Shown one piece after another: positions 12,800 to 26,344 of a DNA stretch of 64,000 bases. The first letter of the stretch is position 1. Each line of letters begins with the position of its first letter. The notes beneath the pieces were generated by a model. It did not search any database. It had not been told where the DNA came from and was given only the letters and a program-made list of their open reading frames with translations. The translations under genes were made by a program, and so were the position numbers. This stretch comes from Geosiphon pyriformis uo1 (lineage: Eukaryota > Fungi > Glomeromycota). The stretch spans positions 224,880 to 288,879 of the forward strand of contig JAAOMT010000639.1 in NCBI GenBank assembly GCA_016748015.1, given 5' to 3'.

Positions 12800-15345
12800 T
12801 TGAAATTACAAAAGTACTATAAAAAAACAAATCTAAAAGTGGTAAAATTAATTAGTTTTTTATTAAAACCTTGATACTATAAGTCTATAGTTTCAGTTAA
12901 AAAAAAAATAGGACTTAAATTGTTCTGGTCTTGTTCTAATTATTAACTGTAATTGTTTTTTTGACTTTTGTAATCTATATATATGTGTTTTTTTTTACTG
13001 AAAAATTTTTTTAGTCTAATAATATTTCTGTATGCTATAACCTAAGTAATAAGAATTTGTTTAATTATTAATAAAAAAGATACTAAAAAAAATATGTTCA
13101 ATTGCTTTGTTAAACTTAAAGCTGATTGTTTTTTTTTGTTAATTGCTATAATAAATTGAAATAATAATATTCTTTTTAAAAAAGTAGTTCTTAATTTGGT
13201 TAATAGTCATAATAAAAGTTGTGTTTAAAAAGAAGTATTTTCGACTATTGGTTGCTAAGATAAGACTTTTAAACAAGAATTTGTATTTTCTTAAAAATTT
13301 AGTTCAAAAATTTCAGTTAAAGTCTTAAAAATAAAAATTCCCAAAAGTTTTCAAAGTTTTTGATTATAATTTAGTAAGTTGATTAAGTAAAATTCTGTTT
13401 TTTAGAGTTTAATAATATAAAAAAATTATTAATAAGAGAAATCTTGACTTTTATTAACTGTAAGTAAATTTTTTTTTGTGTGATTTGTATATTATTATTG
13501 GAGTTAAACTTAAATTCTTTGAAGTTAGATTTTAATATTTGTTTTCTTTTTAAATAAGAGTACTACTTTTGGATATATAATTTAATTTCTTTGTTAATTA
13601 AGAAAAAAGTTTTAGTTATACTTTTTTTGGTAATTAAAGTTAAATATATTAATAATTATTAGTAAATTTGTTTTTCAAGTTTTCTGTATCTATTATTTAG
13701 CTTAATAGATAGTTAATTTTAATATATATATAATAAATAAAATTGCTTTTGGTAATAATAGTTTTTGTTAATATTTTAAAGTCTTCTCTAAAGTAATAAT
13801 ATAATATTTTTTCAAATAACAAGTAAGCTTTTTTTATAGTTTTAATAGTTACTATTTTTGTAAATTTCTAAAGTATTTTGTCTTTATAAATTTTATAATT
13901 TTACAAAAAGCACTAAATATTATAAATAAACTTAGTAGAGTATTATAATAATATTTGGTGCTCTAAATTTAAGTAAAAAAGCTGTGGTGTTTCTTTTAAA
14001 TATATAAAAAACATGTTAAATTTATTAGTCTTTAAAGATTTTTGCTATATGTAAATTTACTTATAAAGTTTCTTTCTTTTACCAAACTATTACAAAGTTT
14101 ATTTTTAGACAGATAATTTCTAATGTTGTTGTTCCACAAGAAAAAATCCAAAAAAAATCAAAAAAAAAAAACAAGCCAAATTTTTGTAATATTTACTGGT
14201 TAAAATAAAAACATATTGTTAATTTAGTTAAAAATAAGAAAATATTAGTTAAGTAGATGAAAATAAAAGATTATTTAGATAATATAAACAATAACCAAAG
14301 AAATATATTTGCTAATATTGTTACTTATTTATATCTGTTTTTTGTATATTATATTTAAAAAAAAATTGTATTAGTTAATAATTAAACAGTATCAAATAAT
14401 GTCTATTATTTTGTGCATAATTTTTATAAATTAATTAGTTATGCCAAATAAAAAACAGATTCTAGTTTAGGAATTATAGCAGATTTATTTATTTACTATA
14501 TTAATTGGCTATATACAATATTAGTTTAATATTTAGATACTTATATATATATTAAATTTACTAGCAGAGTGTTTTCAAATCTGCACACATATTTTATAAA
14601 AACTATTTATAAAAAATTACCAGTTGCTATTAAGAAAAAACTTTATAACAAATATTACTTTAGTATTTTGTATTTAATATATAGTAAAGTAAAAGTCTCT
14701 AATCATGTTTTTATTTATTTAAATAATATTGGTTTACATAAAAATTTAGTGAAAAAAATGATTTCTTATTAAAAATTTTTAGTTAATATTAGTGTTTTTC
14801 TGGCATTAATAATTGTTTAGAATATTTTGTTAAGTTTATTAAACATTAATAAATATAAAATTATTGATAAGAGTTTTGTCATAAAAAGTTAGTTTGAAAA
14901 AATAGTATTAATATTTAAAGATAAGAAAAAAACTGTTTTAGTGTTAGTAGAATTTGTTTACAAATATGTTAAGCATTAAAAAATAATAATATAAGCAATT
15001 AAATCTAAATTCAGAGTAGATATAAAAAATAAAAACTTGGTAAGTAATATAGAAATAATTTTGAGACTATTATGTTTTATATTGTTTTAGTTGTTAGATA
15101 GTATTGTTTATTTGCTTGGAATTAATAAGACATTTACAGTTGGTTTTGGTTTTTGTAAATTTTGTTTGTTTTTTTCTGGTTTAAATAGTAATATTGTGGT
15201 TCAAATAAGTATATAATATGGTCTTAATTGATCTAAGTAACTAATTATATATAAAAAGTATGTGAATTATATCTAGTTAAAAACTTTTAATTTGTTTCTT
15301 TATACTAAATAATAATTAGAATACACTCATTAAATAATTAAATTA
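12800..15345 (+). mobile_element. Ancient LINE remnant (RNase H/zinc finger end and 3' tail)
   Basis: ORF 14569 LHTYFIKTIYKKLPVAIKKKLY aligns to RTYFMKALHHRLPVAVHKCLY; 15210-15335 resembles the LINE 3' UTR; 5' boundary uncertain. Confidence 0.65.
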
Positions 15346-15544
15346 AAAAATTAAAAACAAAACAAATGTAATTATCAATTTAAAAATCCAAGTTATTAAT
15401 TTTAAAAATAATACAATCAAAAAAAGTTTAATCTATTTAATTTTAAATATATATATAAAAATTTTAATACTGTTTTTTATTAAAATTAATTGACAAATAA
15501 AAATAGTTTTAAAAATTTTAAAAATTTAAAATACATAATAGTAT

Positions 15545-16243
15545 TATTATAGATTGAAATAATAAGCTAATAAATAACAAGAGAAAACATGATTATAAAA
15601 TAATAGAATGGATTAAAAAAAATTTAACTTTAAAGAACAAATTGAATAAATATAAATTTAATATATAAGATTAGTCTTATAAAATATCTTAGTTATTATT
15701 TTTTTAAAAGATAACTGAAAAATCTAAAAGTAGAAAAATAGTCTATAATGTTAACAAATAATAAAACATTAGTATAATTATATGCTTTATGTTAGTACTC
15801 TTAGAATTTTATATCAAATATTAGATGTATTTTTCAATTATGTTTTATTTAATAATTTTCAAATGCTATAATTATATAAATTAAAAAAAAGGTAAGTAAA
15901 TGCCAACAAATAATTTTTTATTTTAAGATATTCAGATATTGGAAGGTAAAAAAAAGAGAAATAAATAATATTAAAAAAATTAAAATAATAATTATTATTT
16001 TATTTATTCTTAATTATTAATATATATATTTTTATAGCTAAAAAACTTATTATTTATATAATTATTAAAAGTGATTAATAACTAGATTATTAATTAGATT
16101 AATAATTAGATTATTGATTAAATCAATAATTAGATTAACAGTTAGATTAATAATTACTATCTAAAAATAAAATGGCTAATTATATAATATTAATAGCTAA
16201 TACATATAATAACTAATAAAAACTATAAATTTCAACTATAATA
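15545..16243 (-). repeat. 3' LTR of copy C
   Basis: Collinear with 22454-23128; contains ~12-bp tandem repeats (tagattaataat) at ~16085-16155. Confidence 0.88.
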
Positions 16244-19200
16244 TTATTTTCTCTAAAAAAATTGAGCTTCAATGAAATCAAGCTATTTCTAAAATATTCT
16301 AACTAAAAAATTTTGGTTAATTCAAAATTAACTAGTTTGTTAAAGTTTTTTATAGATAAGATATATAATACTTGAAGTAAAATAAGTTTTGTATTTAAAA
16401 AACCAAATTTTTGTATAAGAGTTTTGGCTTTTTTAGCAATAGTTAAAACTCTAAAAATATTTAATTATATAATATCCAAAATTTTTATTTGTATTTCTGA
16501 AATTGTTTTCTTTATGAACTTTATGTTTTTTACGATTTTTTCAAAACAACCATATAATTTCAATTGTTTTTTATATAATAAGTTTTTGTTTATGGGCAAA
16601 ATTTTTTGGATTGTTTTTTTAATTGTAATAAAAGGTATAAGTATTATTGCTATTATGCTTTTTAACAAGTATTTATTCATTTTGCTATCAAATTTTTTTT
16701 TTGATAGTAGTTTTCTTTAGTCTAATAATAGTATATTCTACTATTATTAATTATAATAATCTGTTTTTTAATGTTTAAAGTAATATTTGAATAATTTTTA
16801 ATTTAATACTTATAAAAAATATAGAAAACATTTTAAATATTTTGATCCAGAAAATAATTGTTTATGTTAATTAAAAATAACTCTGTTTTAAAAATAATAC
16901 ATTTATTAATATCTGATTTTTGTTGATTATTTGAGCTAGTATTATCACAACAAATAACCAATTAGATTATTTGTAATATTTTTAAGTTATGTCCCATAAA
17001 CAAAACAATTATTGAAGATTGTTTTATATTAATCTTATAAAATATAAAAACCATTATTTAAAACTTTATTAACTATAAAGAGTTTTTTTTACTGGCTAAA
17101 AAATTTATTATCATAAATATTATTTCTGTTTAAGTGGTATTCTAAAACTAAGTTACTAATACTTAAGAAAAGTGTTTTATAGGTTTTTTTTCTTAAGCTT
17201 TTTTATCTTTTTAAAAGCAATTATTTATGTTTCTACTAATAAGTCAAAAATAATATTAAGTCTTTTTTGTAAAATGTTTTTGTAATTTTTTATTGTAATT
17301 TTTTTAAATAGTATTGTTTTAATATTTGTTTTATTGGTAGAATTGCTATTTTATTTATAAAACAGATAAAAAGTTTATAACTTATTATGTTATAATTTAT
17401 AGTTTTATAAACAAACAAAGCTAAAAGTAGTACTTTGTTTTATAAGTTTGTTTTTTTATTGGTTTTGGCTAAAATTTTATATACTGTTCTATTAAAATAT
17501 TCTACTAAATTATTTGTTTAGAGATAATAAAAAAAAAGTTTATAATATATTCTTATTTTTCTACAAAGTTTTTTAATTAATGTACTAAAAAAAATTTTTC
17601 TTTTATTAAATAAAAGTTTTTTGAAACAACCATAGTAACAAATAATATCTTTATAAATAAAATTAGCTATAAAGACTGCTATTTGATCTGAAATAGCTTT
17701 TGTTTCTATCTACTTTGTAAAATAATTGGTAACTGTAATAATATATTTATTATTATTAGAAATTATTATTAAAAGCTCAACAATATTTATACTAATTTTG
17801 TTAAATAGTTAACTAATAAAGATTGAATAAATATTTTTTTCGATTGGGCTTTCTTTTTTTTTGGCAGATATTACAAATTTTAATGTAATCAATAATGTTT
17901 TTTTCTAAGATAGATTAATAATAACAAGTTAAAGTTTTTTGAATTGTTTTAGTCTTTTCAAAGTATTTAACTAATAGATCAATGTATATATTGTAAATTA
18001 CAATTTTTTTTTCAAATTTAATGACTTTTTAGGAATGATTAAAATTTTTTTTATTTCTTTTATATAATTAGTTTTAACAGATTAAATAAAAATTTAATTG
18101 TTTTTACAAATTTTTTTTTGTTGTTAAATATAATTCAATAAATATTGTTTTTTATCCAGAAATTTTATTAAAGCAGAATAGTTGTTCAAGTTCATTATTA
18201 TATTTGTTTAAGAGGAAGTTATTAATAATTAAGTTGGTTTGATTTGAAAAAGTTATACTATTATTGAATGATAAGTCTAAAAAAAACATTAGCATTTTGA
18301 TGATAAACTTCTTTGCAATATTGTATATTATAATTGAATTTATTCAGATAGAGTATTTAGTAAGTTATTTTTTTATGTTCTAGCTTTTTTTGTTATATAG
18401 CCAAACTAAAACTTGGTAATCTGTTATTACCAAAAACTTTATATTAAGAAGATACTTACTCTAGTAATTAGTAGATTATACTACTATTAAATATTTTTGT
18501 TCTATAATAGAATAATTTTGTTTTATTAAATAGAGAGATCTACTAGTATAAGCTATAATGTGTTTTTTATTATCTTTGTTTTTTTAAGATAAAATAGTAC
18601 TAAATCCAAAGCCAGATGTATTAGTATAAAAGATAAAAAATTGATTCAAATTAGATTGCTTAAGAATTGGTTCAATAATTAACTTTTCTTTAAAGTTTCA
18701 AAAACTTTTTGTTAATATGTATTCTAATAATAATTGACAGTTTTTTTGAGTAGCTAATTGAAAAAAAATACAATTTTTGAGAAATCTTTAACAAACTTTT
18801 AATAATAAAAAGCCAAATCAAGAAAAAAACATAGTTTATAAATGTTTATTAGTTGTTTAATATTTTGGATTTTTTCAATCTTGGCTGAATTAGGAAAGAT
18901 TTTATCTTTATAATAAGATAACCAAAGAATTAAATAGATTGATGTTCAAAAAAAAATTTAATTAGATTGATTTTAAGATTAGTATTTCTAAAAAAATCAA
19001 AAACTTTCTGCAAATATTTAAGATATTTATCTCAGATTTTTGAATATACTATTATATTGTTTAAGTAAATTAGAACAAAGTTTTTTTTTATGAATTCAAA
19101 TACTTTGTTTATTAAGTATTAAAAAGTAAGAGAAATATTAATAAGACCAAAAAGCATAATTGTAAATTTATAAGTATTATACTTAGTAATAAAAACAGTT

Positions 19201-22200
19201 TTCTTTCTGCTTTTTGAATTTATATTTACTTGTTAAAATTCAACAGTTAGATTAATAATTAAGAAGAAAGCAGCACTATTAAATTGGTCTAACATTGTAT
19301 TAATCTTGAAAAATAAATATATGTCTTTTTTAATAATAGTATTTAATTGGCAGTAGTTAATATAAAAGCATAAGATTCTATTTTTTTTGGATATTATTAC
19401 AACTAAAAAGACTTATTTACTCTTGGTTTCTTGTATAAATCCAAAATTTTTTATCTGGCTTATTTTTTTCTTGATGAATTTATTATTGTAATAATTAAAT
19501 TGATAAGACTTTAGGTAGATAGAACAAGTTTTTTTAATAGTAATAGTGTGTTGTATTACATAAGTACATTTAAGAATATCATTTTTTTTAATATAACTGA
19601 ACTGTTTTTAACCAGTAGGTTTTTAATGTTTATTTTTTTTCTTTAGAAAAAAGTTTTTTTTGTTTTATAGTTAGTGATTAAATTTCAAATAATTTATTTT
19701 CAAAAAACTTTTGTATTTCTTTTATTTTTTCTTTTGGTATTAGGTTGATTGGTTTTTAATTTTTGTAATAAATTAAACAAAACATGCATTTATCACTAAA
19801 AAAATACAATAGTTTATTGTATTAATACCAAATATAAGAATTATATCATTAATAACTATATTTGGCTTTTTTGTCAAAAGTTTTTTTGAATATGTTATAG
19901 TAAGACCAACAAATTAGCTTATTATTTATGATGATTTTTTTTTGTTAGCTTTAAAATTGTCCAGTAATTTGCTATTGTTGATAAAGATAGTATAAACAAA
20001 TTTAACAGTTTTTTTTTATTTTTTTTTATTGCTTTCTTTATCATCTAATTTATTTAATTGTTCTTTTTGGTTTTGTTTGGTTACTAAAAAAGTTGTCTAA
20101 TAACAATATTTAACCATAATAGACTTCTTATCATACCTAATAATTAATTTATATAGTTTATAGTTAAGCAAAACTTTGGTTTTCTTAAGTCATTTATTGC
20201 CAACAATAATAGTGTATTCTTTGGTTTTAAAAACTTTTATGTTAATTTTAATGCTAATATCATTAATGCAAACAGAAACAGCTTTAGCAATACTAAGTTC
20301 TTTTTTTTTATTACTGTATATATTGATTATAGATCTAATAAAAAGTTTATTAATTTTTCTACTAATGGCTTTTAAGAAGTGTTTAATAATAATACTTACA
20401 AATAATCTACTGTTTAAAATCAAGTTAATAAAATAACCAGCCATTTAGATTTTGTAAATTAAAAAAGTAATATTATTATTGTTAGTAAGTTCAATTTAAT
20501 AAGAGTACTTGTTAGTTTTTGATATTTTTTTTTTTGGAATTAAGAATTTTTTTTGAACTATCGATTAGTCATTAACTGATTAAAGATAATATAAACTAGA
20601 GTTTTTTTGAAATTTTTAACAATAAAATAGAGGCCAAATTTTTGTACTATTTTAAAAGTTTCAACTTTGAAGAGTTCTTAAAAACTTTAGTCTTTAATGA
20701 CTCATTATTATCAACAGTAAAAGTTAAAGCTTTGTTGAAATCTAAAATAAAATCAACTTTGGCTTTTTTTTTCTTGTGGATTTAAAAAAGTTAATAGTTA
20801 GTTTATTCATATTATAATTATTATTAGTTAAGTTAAAAGCATAAAAAAGTTTTTTTTTGGTTGGTTTGTACTCTCACTTTTTGAAAGTATGCTTATCAGT
20901 TTAAAGGCTAATAAATAGTAACTTCTATTAAAAAATTTTTTTCAAAAAAATTAATGTTGGCATAATTAGATCTTTAATTAAAGACATTATTATTATTAAA
21001 TCTGTTATTTTAATTATTATTGTTTTTAGAAGCTGATAAAGACAATAGAAAATTGTTGCAGTTTTTTAAAAAGTGTCTAGTTAATCTACAATAATAGCAT
21101 ACAGATGAGCCATAATTTTGCTGTTTTTAGTAAAATATAGTTTAAATCTAGATCTTTATAATTGTTAGCTATTTTTGACTACTTGTGCCAAAGGCTTTAA
21201 TAGTCAAACAAAATTAGTTGTAAGTTTATTTATTAATTGTTTATTTAGGTTTTAAGTCTAAACAGCAAAAAAAATAGTAGCTATTTGGAAAGCAGAAGCA
21301 AAAACTAAAATGTTGATTTCAAATACATTCTTTAATTTTTTTCAATTTTTTGTGCAAGCTCAATGGCCATATTTATTGTGAGATTATTTTATAAGACCAA
21401 AAAAGACCAAAAAACATAAAATAAGTTGGTTTTTAATTTTTTTGTAAAAAAATAAATTTTTTGTTTTTCTGTTTAATTTTTTTAAAGTTTACTTATTTGA
21501 TAAGCTTTTTGATTGCTTTGGCATCCTTGATTACAACTTTACTAAAATTTTGAATTTTTTTTAATTCTATGTACTATTTGGAGATTAAAATAGAAGTTAT
21601 GAATTTGTTTTCAAATTAAATAATAAAAAAAGTGTTTTTTTTCTCAATATTTACTGGTATTCATTTAATAATTTTTTATTAAGCATTGATATTGGTTTTT
21701 TGTAAGAATTATGTTGTAAAAAAGCCTTAAAGATAGTTATTAAAAATTTGGAACTTATAATCAGCATTATATTAATTGGCTATAACTGTTCTTTTAAAGT
21801 TATTTAATTATTTAATTAGATCTTATATAGTGTTTCTGAATAATAATAATAAAGTATTATTTTTTTATCTTAAAATAGTATATATATTTTGAAAAACAGC
21901 CAAAATATTTGTTTACATAGAATCAACAGCTATTGGTTCAAAAGTAATTGTTTGTATAAAAAGATCTAATTCACTTAAAAAAAATCAAAAACAAGAGTGA
22001 TTTAATAACTTTTTTCTTCTGTTTTAAAAAAAGTTTCAATTAATTAATAAGCAGCAATTTAGATATAGATTTAATAATTCAAATATTCGAAATTAAGAAG
22101 CAGTTGGTTAAAAGTTGTTGAATATAAAAGTTAATTAATATAGTTGTTTTTTTCTTTAAGAATTTCTTTAAAGTAAACTTAATTAAAGAAAATAAATTAT

Positions 22201-22453
22201 ATAAACTATATAGATTTTAGTTAAATGTTTGTTCAAAAACCAATTCCAAAAATTTTAGAATTGTTTACTAGATTTTTTTTTAACAGAAAAACAGATCAAA
22301 TAAGAGAGTAGAAGATTGAGTTTAATAAAATCTAGATCATTTTTGTTGTGTGCTACAAAGTATTTTTCTAATTATTGTAACAGATATAAATAATTACCTA
22401 TACAATAAAGAACAAAGTGAATTTTAACAATCTTACAGAAAACATTACTTTTA

Positions 22454-23128
22454 TGTTATGAATTAAAATAATAAGTTAACAGATAGCAAGAAAGAACAAG
22501 ATTGTAGAATAATGAAATAAATTAAAGAAAATTTAATTTTAAAAAGCAAATTAAATAAATATGAATTTAATATACAAAACCAGTTTCATAAAATATCTTA
22601 GTTGTTATTTTTTTCAAAAAATAATTAAGGAAATTAAAGATAGAAAGAAAGTTTATATTGTTAACAAATAATAACTTACTGGTATAATTCTATGCTTTAT
22701 GTTAGTACTTTTAAAATTTAATATCAAATATTAGATATGTTTTTCAGTCATATTTTATTTAATAATTTTCAAATGCTATAATTATATGAATTAAAAAAAG
22801 AGTAGATAAATATTAACAAGTAATTTTTTATTTCAAGATGTTCAAATACTTAAAAGTAGGGAAAAAAAAATAAGCAATATAAGAAAGATTAAGATAATAG
22901 TTGTTATTTTATTTATTTTTAATTATTAGTATATATATTTTTATAGTTAAGAGACTTATTACTTATATAGTTATTAAAAGTGGTTAATAATTAAATCAAT
23001 GATCAAATTATTGATTAAGTCAATAATTAAGTCAATGATTACTATCTAAAAATAAAATGGCTAATTATATAACATTAATGGCTAATACATATGATAATTA
23101 ATAAAAATTATGAGTTTCAACTGTAATA
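22454..23128 (-). repeat. 5' LTR of copy C
   Basis: Starts tgttatg and ends tgtaata on the + strand; adjacent to the PBS. Confidence 0.88.
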
Positions 23129-25134
23129 ATATATTAATATAAATTAATAAATATTATTTTAATATTAATAAAAATATTAAAAATAATTTTAATTTGTTAA
23201 AAAATATATTTAAAAAAACATTATAAAAATTACAATAATAAAAAAAACAATTATTAAAAAAATTCAAAAAAAAAATTGATTTAGTAAACAAAAAACTATT
23301 TTAATTTTTGTAATAGTATTAAAATAAAGATTATTTTTTTAATTATTTTTTAAATACTATTAGAATTAATAATATTTTAAAAAACAAAAAAACAAAAGTG
23401 TTTTAATTTTAATTTTATTAGTTTAATAAGTTAATTGGTTAAAGTTATGTATTAAAACATAATTTGTTTTGTTTTTAAAATTTATAAAAATTTAATATAT
23501 TAAGCAAATTAATTTTGACAAATATATTACTATGATTATTATTATTTACAGCCAAATTAAAATTAAGTACTATAATAAATACAGTTATAACAAAATTGGT
23601 AAAAACACCAATAAACCAAAAAAAAGCAATATTTTATTTTTTATAAAAAAAATTGGTTTCAAATTTAAAGAAAAAATGTTATTTTTTTGTTATTTTAGCT
23701 TTTTTAGTTATTTAAAGAAAAATAAAAAAATAGCTTAATTACTAATTTAAGATTAAAATTTCTAAAAATATTTATAGTAGTAATTAGTTACTTACTTAAA
23801 AAACATCTTAAATAAAAACACAAGAAAAAAAAGTTTTTTGTATATTTTATTAATATTCTTAATTTATTTATTTATTTTAATTAACAAATTAATATTTAAT
23901 TTTTTATAATATATAATAATATAAAAATTGTTTATTTAAATTCAAATTCCAAAAAAAACTTATATTATTTAGTTTTATAAATTTTACGTTTAGAATTAAA
24001 GCAAAAGAACAATTATTATTTTTTATAATATAATTAAAAAAGCTCATTTAGTATTAAAAACATTTTTTTCAACTAAAAGTTATTTTTTAATTAAAGTTTT
24101 TCTAAATAACACATCAAAAATACTTTTAGTATTATTACAACTATTATTAAAATTTCTAAGATTTTTATTAACAAACCAGTAATAAAACTATTGTTTTTTC
24201 TAGTTACTATTATTATTATCTTTCAAATAACCAGAAAAATAAAGTAATTAACACTATTATTAATTTTAACTTTTTTGCAATTTAAAAACATCAGCTCTGT
24301 ATTTTTTAAAACTTGAAACTTTTTATTACTGTTTTAAAACCTGTTTTTTTTATTAATCTTATTTAATAAATATAACAGATTCTAAACTAATCATTAACAA
24401 TGGTATTTTTTTAATTTAAAAATAGATATAAATTAATATTTATTATTAAAATTTCCTTTTGGAAAGAACGAAGAGAGAAATTATTGATAAATCTGGGACT
24501 TGTATGAGAAAGCCCAATTGATCAGAATTGTAAATTTTATTCAAGAATGAGAAATTCTATTTCATAAGTTCCAATTCTTATATAAGGTTCACCTCAGCTA
24601 AAGAAAATTCAAATTATCAAAAAAAATTTAATTATTATTTGAAAAAATCAAGCAGGTTCCAATTTGGATAAATGAAATAAGTTTTCGAGACGCCTTTTAA
24701 TGTGATCTCACGTAAATTTATAGATGGTTTTCTTTCATTAAAAATTTTATGTGTTATAAAGTATTTACAAGTTTTATTTGAATATTTCAAAAATTTTGAC
24801 AAAATACCAAGATGGTATTCTTTTAAATAATCCTCGGCTGAAATTTTGAAAAGATGACAATTATCAGTTAGTTCCCTTAAGTTTGCCCATATTTAATTTT
24901 AAGAAATGGGGAAACTTTCAAGTGAAAATGAAGCTAACCATTCACAAACAAAAATATCTCTCAGATTATCTAAATATTTATATTCCTGATAAAAAGATCT
25001 TGCTGAATGTGTATTTTTATTATGTAAATTTCGAGTCAAATATTTTTTCAAATTCCTAATTACAAAAAACACCCTTCTTTCTTATCTGCTTATAAATTCT
25101 CGATATGTGAATTCCTTTTAAATTTGAAAGAAAT

Positions 25135-26344
25135 ATGAAAAATTTTCAAACTCTTTGGTGGTATCTGCTCTTCTTGATATTGGCCTATGTGTTATCAGGT
25201 TCACTGGTGAATCCTGCGACTGGGAAAATTCCAATAACAGATGAAAAATTTCGCGATATGCTGGCAAACAATGCTTTTCATGCAAGTCAAGCTGCATGTA
25301 TTAAGAATGAGCAAAAAAAATTATCTCCTGAAATTCATAGTTAACTATTTTTAATTCATTTCAATTGTGATTAAAAAATTGAAACTTAGAAAATTATAAT
25401 ATTGTTAAATTTTAGTGGAAATCCCAAAAGATTCAAGTCCACAACAAATCATATGGACCTTGTCTTACAAAGAAGAAACTTCAATTTGGCTTGGGAAAAA
25501 GTCAATTTTGGTTCCTTATCCACATGTACCAGGTGGATTAGTAGATGAGAAAGATTTTAAGTCATGGTTAAAAGCTCAAGAAAGATTTCTCAGCATAATA
25601 AAAAAAGTTCTTTTGAAACCTAACTTTTATAATATGAGACATCTTTTTACATTTAATGGGTTTGGGACAGGTGGAGGTAAGTCTTACTTTTTAATTTTTT
25701 AATTTGAATTATTTCTAATCTCTCGACCATTTCAATTTCAGTTTACGCCGTTTACGCAGCATTAATATTCGCAGTCACATATCACACATTACCAATAGTA
25801 ATCACATTCGGTAAACCACGAATGGGGAACATGGAATTTGCTCAATTTGTTGAAACTCAAATCATTCATTATCGTGTCACTTACCGTGACGATTCTACCC
25901 CAAGCTTCCCGGAAGTGGGGTTCTCTTCCGTTAGTAACCAAAAATTTAACTTCATTCCATTAAGTAGAGAGTATTGGATTCCATATCAAGACCAATGTGA
26001 ATGTTCCTCCGAATCAGTAGAAAAAGACCGAACAAAAGTTGTATTTGTTTATGAATGTTTTTCTAAGAGGTCATTAAAACCACATCGGGTAAGTGAGCGC
26101 GTTTGGGATTTCAATAAAAAAAAGGACTCCCTCTATTGCCACCCTTTGTATTTCAAAATTAATTTTTTTTATATATTTTATTTATGCAAAGTATTGTAAT
26201 GCGGGTTGGAGAAAACGAATAGACAAACGAATAAGATTGGGTATGAGACGAATAAGTGAAAGGGAGCAAGTAATAAAAATGCGCCAAAATTTTGACCATT
26301 TCGGACCTTATTTCGGTTATATAATGGGGCAATGTCCTGTTTAA
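25135..26344 (+). CDS. Secreted class 3 lipase-like (Lipase_3 fold) protein, 321 aa, 4 exons, catalytic Ser absent
   Basis: Exons 25135-25339, 25416-25676, 25742-26088, 26192-26344 with GT..AG introns give a 966-nt open frame. Hydrophobic N-terminus; FTFNGFGTGGVYAVYAAL at the nucleophile elbow; TFGKPRMGN; YRVTYRDD; DHFGPYFG. Intron 1 boundaries are the least certain. Confidence 0.85.

Larger units (their letters stand above)
15545..23128 (-). mobile_element. Old complete Gypsy element (copy C), heavily AT-eroded
   Basis: Direct LTRs 15545-16243 and 22454-23128; PPT after 16243; decayed PBS 22430-22447 (taatgttttctgtaagat, differing from tggtgctccctgtgagat only by transitions); RT remnant PNSAKIEKIQ at ~18880; flanks gtat/atat. 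Confidence 0.85.

Noticed and set aside
20176-23738. Short Ile/Lys/Phe-rich ORFs as membrane proteins
   Set aside because: Compositional artefacts of AT-eroded TE sequence.
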